DNA from: Rickettsiales bacterium
GTDB taxonomy: Bacteria > Pseudomonadota > Alphaproteobacteria > Rickettsiales > UBA998
Assembly: GCA_041749475.1 (NCBI GenBank)
Contig: JBGTBD010000034.1
Span: forward strand, 11,214-75,213
DNA length: 64,000 nt
Direction: 5' to 3'
This document shows positions 1 through 6,832 of the stretch, piece by piece; positions within the stretch are counted from its first letter, which is position 1; every line of letters begins with the position of its first letter. A model generated the notes under the pieces. That model had not been told where the DNA came from. It did no database searches and saw only the letters and a list, made by a program, of their open reading frames with translations. A program made the position numbers and the translations under genes.

Positions 1-1
1 C

Positions 2-1405
2 AATTTCTTCTCCGGTATCTATCTCGTCCCCGTGGAGACCGAGATCATCTTAAAGATTGTGGATGATGCGATATCGGGAAGAAACGGCAGCGGAAAGAAG
101 CAAAAGAAAACCAAGGCAACGGAAAAGAAAGGCCCACGCCTCAGCCGAAAACAAAAAAAAGAACAGGAGGCGGAAGAAGACGTCGCCGCCCAGATAGAAG
201 CCTTCAAGAACGAGCGCGGCGTATCCAGTGAACATGAAGCCGGAACGGAATCGGAATGGAAGATATTCGTCACCCACAATAAGGTCGGCGGGTTCCGTCA
301 GGTCGTGTTGCGCGGCGGCAGACTGGTCTTTACCCGCTTGGCCCAGACGATGGATAACACCAATCCAGAAGTCCTCGCCGGCAGTGTCGAACAGGAAATC
401 CAGAACACGGTCGAATATTTAAAACGTTTGGGGTATGCCCCGCGCATGGGACTGGACATCTACATCGTCTGCAGTCAAGAAGTGAAGGACGCCATCAGCA
501 CCGAACGCCTCGGCGCAACGCAGACGCACCTATTTTCTCCATTCGAACTGGGTGAACTACTGGGACTGAAACAAGCCGTTCTCTCGGGCGACCGCTTTGG
601 CGACATCGTCATCGCAACCATTTTCGGAACCTCCCGAAAAAAACGCCTGCAACTGAACATCCCCTACACCCAGAACATCCAGAAACTGGAAGGGATCCGT
701 AAATTCAGCAAACTGGCAGCCGTTGTGTTTGCTCTGGGATTGATTGCCATGTCCGTTCTCAGCTTTTTCGATTATCAGGGGCTGCAGGGCGATATAGATA
801 TGAAGCAGAGGGAAAAAATCACGCAAGCCGCCGCCCTCACCAAAATACAGGAGGAATCTAAAAAACTTCCTGCGGACGTCGATCAGGTAACCGATCTCAT
901 CAGCATGGTGGATAGTTTCTCCAAAACGACGCAGACACCCATCCAGTTTATCACTGATCTGAGGCCCAATCTTGTCGAAGGCGTCGTCGTCAGATCCCTC
1001 AACTGGGTTCGTAAGGAAGAGAAGCCCGCCCCCGTGTTCAACCCTGCCACCGGCGCGCAGGAGGAAGGTCCGCCCGTAGAAAAATTCGAGATCGCCCTCG
1101 AGTGTGAATTCCTCTACACCGATGACACTTGGGATGGGTTTATCGACCGCTCGCTACGCTTCGTCGAGCATCTGAAGAAGGCGTATCCGGAATACACGAT
1201 TATATCCGAGAACATGCCGGGGGATAATCCCGAAGCATCCAGCGCGCAGATGAACTTCGATGACATCAAAAAAATCAATAACCGCCCCGCCAGGGGAGAC
1301 GCCTACGTCATCACCATTGGCATGAGCGGGCCGAACGTTTCGGCTCCCGCCGTCGATGCCAACGGCAATCCTATTCCTCCAACCCCGTCACCTCAGGCTC
1401 CCTGA
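2..1405 (+). CDS. PilM/PilN-fusion-like (GspL/MshI-type) assembly-platform protein, 5' end probably outside window
   Basis: The frame is open from nt 2, with no stop before the GTG at 32. WKIFVTHNKVGGFRQVVLRGGRLVFTRL...EQEIQNTVEYLKRLGY...DIYIVCS resembles the second actin-like half of PilM. It is followed by one TM helix (LAAVVFALGLIAMSVLSFF), a coiled coil and an alpha/beta C-terminal region as in PilN. It also carries an unusual Lys-rich insert, KKQKKTKATEKKGPRLSRKQKK. Confidence 0.4.
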   Translation, partial: NFFSGIYLVPVETEIILKIVDDAISGRNGSGKKQKKTKATEKKGPRLSRKQKKEQEAEEDVAAQIEAFKNERGVSSEHEAGTESEWKIFVTHNKVGGFRQVVLRGGRLVFTRLAQTMDNTNPEVLAGSVEQEIQNTVEYLKRLGYAPRMGLDIYIVCSQEVKDAISTERLGATQTHLFSPFELGELLGLKQAVLSGDRFGDIVIATIFGTSRKKRLQLNIPYTQNIQKLEGIRKFSKLAAVVFALGLIAMSVLSFFDYQGLQGDIDMKQREKITQAAALTKIQEESKKLPADVDQVTDLISMVDSFSKTTQTPIQFITDLRPNLVEGVVVRSLNWVRKEEKPAPVFNPATGAQEEGPPVEKFEIALECEFLYTDDTWDGFIDRSLRFVEHLKKAYPEYTIISENMPGDNPEASSAQMNFDDIKKINNRPARGDAYVITIGMSGPNVSAPAVDANGNPIPPTPSPQAP

Positions 1406-2070
1406 TGGAAAAACTGAAACAGACAAAAAAGAAAATGACTATGGAAGTGGGGGTTTGCGCCGCCGTTGTCATCGTGTTAGGCGGTCTTTTCTTCATGGCG
1501 GATTCCATGGCAACTAGCGCAAACGAGGAGCTGGCGCGTGCGCAGGGTGAAGTCGCCGGCATCGCCAGTCAGATTGCCGAGCTGGAACGCAAATATCAGA
1601 TCGTCAATTCCTCCCTCGTCGAATACCAGAATTACAATAAGAAACTAAAAGCGGGAGACTATACCATTGGCCGTGAGGTGGCGTTCAATAAGCTAAAAAC
1701 CATCAATGATCAGTATCGCATTATGCAATTGATGCTGGGTATCCCTTCCGACCCCGCGCCGCTGGGAGATCAGGAATTCAATAAGAAGACCGTCGAAGGC
1801 AAGGCGACGGATATCACTCTCACAATGGAAGCCTACAGTGACCTGCACGTATTCTCATTCCTCGACGAAATGCAGCGGGAGCTTCCCGGCTTCTTTAAGT
1901 ACAATGAGTTTACGCTAACACGGGATCGTGCCATCACCATCGACCTCCTCGCCGAACTAAGCCGCGGCGAGAAGTCCAGCGTCGTCTCCAGTTCACTGAA
2001 GGGCACGTGGTACGGCATTTTCCCGAAAATATCCGAACTGACACCGCAGGGGGGGACGCCCCAGCAATGA
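1405..2070 (+). CDS. PilO/MshJ-like bitopic membrane protein
   Basis: The start overlaps the upstream stop (ATGA-type coupling). It has an N-terminal TM helix (VGVCAAVVIVLGGLFFM), a coiled coil (ARAQGEVAGIASQIAELERKYQ) and a C-terminal ferredoxin-like part (YSDLHVFSFLDEMQRELPGFFKYNEFTLTRD) typical of PilO. Confidence 0.45.
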   Translation: MEKLKQTKKKMTMEVGVCAAVVIVLGGLFFMADSMATSANEELARAQGEVAGIASQIAELERKYQIVNSSLVEYQNYNKKLKAGDYTIGREVAFNKLKTINDQYRIMQLMLGIPSDPAPLGDQEFNKKTVEGKATDITLTMEAYSDLHVFSFLDEMQRELPGFFKYNEFTLTRDRAITIDLLAELSRGEKSSVVSSSLKGTWYGIFPKISELTPQGGTPQQ

Positions 2071-3419
2071 CGCGACGTATACCCTATGTCCTGATGGTGC
2101 TGCTCGGCGCGTTCGCCGCCGGATTCCCTGTACACGCATCGGCCCAGCAACCATCGTCCCCGGTCGCACTGACTCCGCTTACACCTGTTGGCAATGACGG
2201 CGAAGCCATGCCTGTATCCCAACCTGAGCAGGCGCCTGTGGAACTGACGCCCGCCCCACCTCCATCCGAACTCCCTGCCGATACGTCGGATGTTCCTCCT
2301 GCCTCTCTTCCGCCTCTGAATATACAAGCGCCTGCCAATGCTTCTCCGGCTGAAGCTCCCCTCTCCCCGCAGATACCCGGTGAAAGCACCCCCCCGGCGG
2401 ATGCGTCCGCCACGCCCGCTCCTGCAACTGTTCCTGAAACCGAACCTGCACCCGCGAAGGTGGAAGAACCGGTACAGCCCGTCACCGAGGAGGATAAGAA
2501 GAAAGCTTCCATGCTCGGATACCAGCCGTCCTATGGCACATGGCCCTTCTCCATCATGTTCCGTGAAAAGGAAGTATCGGACATCAAGAAAGTGCTCGAT
2601 TATTACGAGATACAGAAATATCAGGCCGCCAAAACTGCCGATCCCAAACAACAGGAGAACATTGAGCAGGTAGAGGATATTCTGAAGAATGCGCCTACTA
2701 ACGCACCTGTCATCTACCCTGTATTTCAGTTGCGCTCACTGGTCTATCAGTCACCGAAGGAATGGAGCATCGTCGTCAACAACACGCGCTTCAACAGCCG
2801 TGACCCTCTCGACAAAAATGCGGGTAACGACCTGAAGATACTCTCCTTGAATAAAGAGATCGTCTATTTCTCATGGATTCCAGCAGACCCTAAATTCTAC
2901 GCCGACATGATCCAGAAGAAAATCCTTCGCGATCAGAACATCCCTTCTTCCACCGCAGGCACGGCGGCGCCCGGCCAGCCAGCCGCACCCATGCCGCTCG
3001 TAGCCGTCTCCTACGCGAACCGTATCGCGACCAATGCTCCCCGGCCACTTGTGGACGATGCGCTGCGCGGCGTGACCTTCCGCCTCCGCCCCAACCAGAC
3101 CATCAACATGGAGACGCTGGAGATATTCGAAGGCCGTCCGCCCAACCTTGTCATCCCCGGCGATCCCAAGAAGGATGAGTTACAAACAATCGCTCCCGCT
3201 GCCGTCCTGCCCGCCGAACTACAGGGCCAGATCCAAACCGGTGCACCGCCTCCGGCCGAAGGACAGGTCTCGCCCCCCGCCGACGCGACGGCCACCGAGC
3301 CCATGCCCGGCTCCACCAGTGAATCCATCACCAAGGAAGACACCTCCGGCCTTCTCAATGGCAAGTCCAGCCCCAAATCGCTTATCGAGAAGGCGTTGGA
3401 GCTGGAAGGTAAACAGTAA
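2067..3419 (+). CDS. Secreted proline-rich protein, possible PilP/GspC-like periplasmic component
   Basis: The ATG at 2067 overlaps the upstream TGA. It has a signal peptide (MTRRIPYVLMVLLGAFAAGFPVHASA), a ~130-aa Pro/Ala/Glu linker, then beta-rich segments (FQLRSLVYQSPKEWSIVVNN..., LRGVTFRLRPNQTINMETLEIFEG). The functional call is an inference from gene order. Confidence 0.4.
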   Translation: MTRRIPYVLMVLLGAFAAGFPVHASAQQPSSPVALTPLTPVGNDGEAMPVSQPEQAPVELTPAPPPSELPADTSDVPPASLPPLNIQAPANASPAEAPLSPQIPGESTPPADASATPAPATVPETEPAPAKVEEPVQPVTEEDKKKASMLGYQPSYGTWPFSIMFREKEVSDIKKVLDYYEIQKYQAAKTADPKQQENIEQVEDILKNAPTNAPVIYPVFQLRSLVYQSPKEWSIVVNNTRFNSRDPLDKNAGNDLKILSLNKEIVYFSWIPADPKFYADMIQKKILRDQNIPSSTAGTAAPGQPAAPMPLVAVSYANRIATNAPRPLVDDALRGVTFRLRPNQTINMETLEIFEGRPPNLVIPGDPKKDELQTIAPAAVLPAELQGQIQTGAPPPAEGQVSPPADATATEPMPGSTSESITKEDTSGLLNGKSSPKSLIEKALELEGKQ

Positions 3420-3622
3420 TGTATACCCTGTTGGTGTATGCCGTCGTCTGGTGGCTAGCTTGGTTCATAGTGTTGCCCATTGGTATCCGCCCTAATACGG
3501 ACCCGGCGCGGGAAGAATACCACGCTGCTCCCCGCAACCCGAATCTCCGGAAAAAAGCGCTCTGGGCGACGCTACTTTCCGCCATACTTACCGCCGCGAT
3601 TATGCTACTATGGAACCCATGA
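3419..3622 (+). CDS. DUF1467 family small membrane protein
   Basis: MYTLLVYAVVWWLAWFIVLPIGIRP...AAPRNPNLRKKALWATLLSAILTAAIMLL has two TM helices and the conserved alphaproteobacterial DUF1467 pattern. The start overlaps the upstream stop (TAATG). Confidence 0.75.
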   Translation: MYTLLVYAVVWWLAWFIVLPIGIRPNTDPAREEYHAAPRNPNLRKKALWATLLSAILTAAIMLLWNP

Positions 3623-4014
3623 TACGTTCTCTTTTGATGTTCGCACTCTGCCTCGCGCCTGTGGTGGCATCCGCCTCCAGCCCATTACTCATGGGCAAGC
3701 GCCAGCCTTGCGGCGTCGGCGCAAACTATCAGGAACCCGCAGGCGTCGCCGTTGAAGACGGTCTTGCTGCCGACGGTCACCCCGTCGCCCCGGCGGATAT
3801 CGACGGCGGCAACGCCGACCCGTCTTACAATATCTATCTCGGACTTCCCTTATCCGAATATACCACCAGCGGTCGCGGCGCGGACCTCTCCCAAAGCCTT
3901 ATCGATGTCGGCTCCATCAAGGTCGAAGGCAAGGACGCTGAGGTGAACATACTCGGTCAACACCACGATTCCACCCAGCCCCCACTTGACGCAAACGGCT
4001 GCCCCCCACAATAA
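3610..4014 (+). CDS. Hypothetical secreted protein
   Basis: Signal peptide MIRSLLMFALCLAPVVASASS. An alternative start at 3619 gives an ATGA overlap with the DUF1467 stop. I recognise no family. Confidence 0.55.
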   Translation: MEPMIRSLLMFALCLAPVVASASSPLLMGKRQPCGVGANYQEPAGVAVEDGLAADGHPVAPADIDGGNADPSYNIYLGLPLSEYTTSGRGADLSQSLIDVGSIKVEGKDAEVNILGQHHDSTQPPLDANGCPPQ

Positions 4015-4049
4015 TTTTCTTGGTTTTCTTCTCGTTTTCCCTCGCTCAG

Positions 4050-4194
4050 TTTTGGGGTGCGCTAACCCGCTGCCGTGAGGAAACTGCAAGTAACGCCAGC
4101 GCGCAGGCCCGGAGCGTAGCAGCTCTACGTGAGGACTGAGCGCTGCCGAGACGCAGTCAGATTCCCACGGCAGATAGGGTTAGCGCCCGCAAAA
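4050..4194. repeat. 145-bp imperfect palindromic element (MITE/REP-like or structured RNA)
   Basis: The left arm TTTTGGGGTGCGCTAACCCGCTGCCGTGAGG (4050-4080) matches the reverse complement of the right arm CCCACGGCAGATAGGGTTAGCGCCCGCAAAA (4164-4194). The interior also self-pairs (CAGCGC/GCGCTG, CGTAG/CTACG). Confidence 0.5.
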
Positions 4195-4231
4195 TGGAAC
4201 GCCCCGCTGTCGATGGGACAACGGGGCGTTC
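4191..4231 (-). terminator. Rho-independent terminator downstream of the minus-strand DUF465 gene
   Basis: GAACGCCCCG (4197-4206) pairs with CGGGGCGTTC (4222-4231). On the minus strand it is followed by a TTTT run. Confidence 0.55.
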
Positions 4232-4252
4232 ACTGGGGACGTGTAATCGGGA

Positions 4253-4438
4253 TCAGGAGGCTGCGTGCATTTCCTGGTGGATGCACTGCGTAAGCTCTTC
4301 CTTGAGCATGAGCTTTTGTTTTTTCAGCTGGCTGATATGCATGAAATCAGGCTGCGGGCGGTTGGATTCGTGGGAGATCATCTTTTCGAGTAAAGCGTGT
4401 TTTTCCTGTAGGGTTTCGATATGAGTATGTAATGACAT
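4253..4438 (-). CDS. DUF465 (YdcH-like) small protein
   Basis: MSLHTHIETLQEKHALLEKMISHESNRPQPDFMHISQLKKQKLMLKEEL matches the DUF465 pattern. An AGGAG lies 8 nt upstream of the ATG at 4438. The longer ORF reaching 4516 was rejected. Confidence 0.75.
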   Translation of the reverse strand: MSLHTHIETLQEKHALLEKMISHESNRPQPDFMHISQLKKQKLMLKEELTQCIHQEMHAAS

Positions 4439-4778
4439 AAGCAATGCTCCTTTCAGTGTGCCGATTGAATCAATAATAGTGATTATATCCACGCATAGGA
4501 TTGTGCTTTTGAGCACCTAGCCATTAAAACAAAACCTCCCTCTCTATGACAAGTCAAAAACAGGTCAAGTAAAAAGATATATTTTTGCTTCTTGACATGG
4601 TTTTCATGTGATGGTGCAGCGCGTCAGGTGATTTCAAGCAACATAAGAGGATTTGCCGTTATCCCTCAGATAGTTGGGATAAAACACCGAAAGCGCATGA
4701 AAAAAATGTCCTAAGCCGCTAAAAACGCTAGGAATACGCGCTGTTTTTTGGTATACTCCCTCTTTGTGACGGCTTAAT

Positions 4779-4803
4779 AAATGGCGGATATCCGCCATTT
4801 TTT
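4779..4803 (+). promoter_or_regulatory. Perfect 22-nt palindrome plus T-run in the leader of the plus-strand DUF465 gene (attenuator or operator)
   Basis: AAATGGCGGATATCCGCCATTT is its own reverse complement and is followed by TTT. It lies 57 nt upstream of the ATG at 4860 and ~20 nt downstream of a TATACT -10-like hexamer (4752-4757). Confidence 0.4.
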
Positions 4804-4859
4804 GCCACTTGGAGAACCAATCGCTCGTAGAGCATACAACTTGTTGGACAGTAGAAAAC

Positions 4860-5054
4860 ATGACGGAAGATAAAGCACTATCCTTAAGAAAGCGTTTAGA
4901 CTCGCTGCGTTCCCAACACCGTTCCCTGGACGAAGAGATTCAGGCGTCCGGATACGATGAGTTTACCCTCGTCCGCAAAAAACGCGAAAAGCTGACTCTG
5001 CGTGATCAGATCATGCAGATCGAAAGCATCGTCTACCCCGACATCATCGCGTAA
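4860..5054 (+). CDS. DUF465 (YdcH-like) small protein
   Basis: MTEDKALSLRKRLDSLRSQHRSLDEEIQASGYDEFTLVRKKREKLTLRDQIMQIE matches the DUF465 pattern. It is a paralog of 4253-4438. Confidence 0.75.
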   Translation: MTEDKALSLRKRLDSLRSQHRSLDEEIQASGYDEFTLVRKKREKLTLRDQIMQIESIVYPDIIA

Positions 5055-5076
5055 GCGACACTACACATCAGAACGC

Positions 5077-5104
5077 AAAAGGGGGGATTTTATCCCCCTT
5101 TTTC
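5077..5104 (+). terminator. Rho-independent terminator
   Basis: AAAAGGGGGGA-TTTTA-TCCCCCTTTTT hairpin with a T-run, 22 nt after the stop. Confidence 0.7.
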
Positions 5105-5151
5105 ATGATACTGACACAATCCCCTGCTAGATTTTTAGAAATCAAAGGGGA

Positions 5152-5775
5152 ATGGCCATGGCCGACGGACCAGTATCAGAAGAAACCTTACGTAAAATTC
5201 GTGAAGCACTGGAACAACCAGAAGCCCCTTCCGCCACATCCGGCGAGGCCACGGGTGGCCTCAACAGGTTCTGGCTATGCGACGTAGGCGCAACAGCAAC
5301 AGGCGCCATCTCAGGTGCATTCTTGACATCTCCAAGCGCACCCTTTTCATTAGGAGTAGGCCCGTTACTGGGCGCGGCTGGCGGAGCACAAATAGCAAAT
5401 ACAGCATGCCATGCTGCACTGGACATCAATGCAGGGGTTAATCCACTTCCTGATAACCTCAAGCAAAAATTTGACGAAACAGTCGCCACATACAAAGATG
5501 ACGGCATTAGCACAGCCATGGCCTGCAATGCAGCCGCCCCATTAGCTGGCGGCGTTATCGGATGGGCTGCAGCGGAATCAGCCCACGTCTTTATACATAA
5601 AAAAGGGGTTGCCGCTGCCGCCGCAGGAGGAGCCACTGTAGGATATTATGCATGCCATGGGGCTGTTGGGGCGTATGACACAGCAGCAGAAACATATAAC
5701 AAAGCGCATGAATTTGTATCCGGCCTTCCCGATACACTTAAGCCTAAAGACCCTGCCAAAGCTGAAGGCCGCTAA
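5152..5775 (+). CDS. Hypothetical Gly/Ala-rich protein with glycine-zipper-like hydrophobic segments
   Basis: GGGGA RBS. A hydrophilic 35-aa N-terminus is followed by three G/A-rich hydrophobic stretches (GATATGAISGAFL..., AAPLAGGVIGWAAA, GVAAAAAGGATVGYYACHGAVGAY). I recognise no family. Confidence 0.55.
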   Translation: MAMADGPVSEETLRKIREALEQPEAPSATSGEATGGLNRFWLCDVGATATGAISGAFLTSPSAPFSLGVGPLLGAAGGAQIANTACHAALDINAGVNPLPDNLKQKFDETVATYKDDGISTAMACNAAAPLAGGVIGWAAAESAHVFIHKKGVAAAAAGGATVGYYACHGAVGAYDTAAETYNKAHEFVSGLPDTLKPKDPAKAEGR

Positions 5776-6743
5776 TGCACATTCACCAGTTCATCGAGTG
5801 ACACCTGATTCTTCCCCGTCGAACGGGCGATGAACAGACGGCTCTGTGCGATCTTGAACAGCGCTTCGCACTCGTGATTATCATCGAACTGCGCCCCGGC
5901 GACGCCGACGGATACGGTGATACCCAGCAACTTACCCTCAGCGGTGCGGAACGGATACCGATTGACCGATTCCCGGATACGATCCCCAACCCAGAACGCG
6001 CCCTCAACAGGCGTATCGGGCAGGATGACGGCGAATTCCTCCTCCGCGATACGCGCTGCCAAATCCGTCTCGCGCAGTGACGCGCGAATAAGGCGGGTGA
6101 TCTCTTTCAACACGTCCGGCATTTGCTCCGCAGGCGCGGGCGCCCCGCCCACGTCAGGCGAGTCGAGCGCAATCAGCAGCATCGACACATCGGAACGATT
6201 GCGCTTCAGGCGGCGCAACTCTTCATCAAGCCGATCGAAGAACACAGGCCGCAATGCCAACCCGGTCAATTCATCTTCCAGCCGCGCTTTCACCATGTTC
6301 AGCTTAGCGGCATCCTCCGCGAAGATACGGTCGGAGATGTCGCGCAGCGTGCCGATGGAGCCGATGATGGCCCCCGTATCGTCGAACCACGGGTAGGACA
6401 CGTCAGCCACCCAGATCTTGCGGCCGTCTTTGGTTTTCATCAGATAATCGGCCTGCCATTTCAGCACTTGCCCCGTCTTCCGCTCCTCTTCAAGCGCGAG
6501 GTACGAATCGACGACCCGCATCGCATCCGTGACAATACGCGTCTCCATGATGAGCGAACGCAAATTGATATGCTGTAACTCTTCGGCGCTGAACCCCAGC
6601 AGCTTGGTGATGGACGGGCTGATATAATCATACCGCATCGTTTCGTACCGCAAGCGGTAGACCACGTCGGAAGAGGTGCTGGTCAACAGCTCGACCTCCG
6701 CTTTTAAGCGCTCAATCTCGGTTTGGGGTACATGTGCCTGCAT
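5772..6743 (-). CDS. PAS domain - degenerate GGDEF domain protein (likely non-catalytic c-di-GMP receptor)
   Basis: PAS-like segment VVYRLRYETMRYDYISPSITKLLGFSAEEL...GRKIWVADVSYPWFDDTGAIIGSIGTLRDISDR. The GGDEF fold reads RETDLAARIAEEEFAVIL where RxxD-x5-GG[DE]EF is expected. Confidence 0.8.
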   Translation of the reverse strand: MQAHVPQTEIERLKAEVELLTSTSSDVVYRLRYETMRYDYISPSITKLLGFSAEELQHINLRSLIMETRIVTDAMRVVDSYLALEEERKTGQVLKWQADYLMKTKDGRKIWVADVSYPWFDDTGAIIGSIGTLRDISDRIFAEDAAKLNMVKARLEDELTGLALRPVFFDRLDEELRRLKRNRSDVSMLLIALDSPDVGGAPAPAEQMPDVLKEITRLIRASLRETDLAARIAEEEFAVILPDTPVEGAFWVGDRIRESVNRYPFRTAEGKLLGITVSVGVAGAQFDDNHECEALFKIAQSRLFIARSTGKNQVSLDELVNVH

Positions 6744-6832
6744 TTGCTTACCACAATATGTAGTTATTTTTTACCAAAATAACACCACAACTGGGGCAAA
6801 TCAATGCGCGGCAAGCCTGCGGCTACCTAGGT

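Noticed and set aside
2084-2651. Overlapping ORFs (2084-2512 minus, 1833-2651 minus, 2338-2673 plus) in the proline-rich region
   Set aside because: They are low-complexity frames generated by the CCN/GCN-rich linker of the 2067-3419 gene. They have no start context or motifs.
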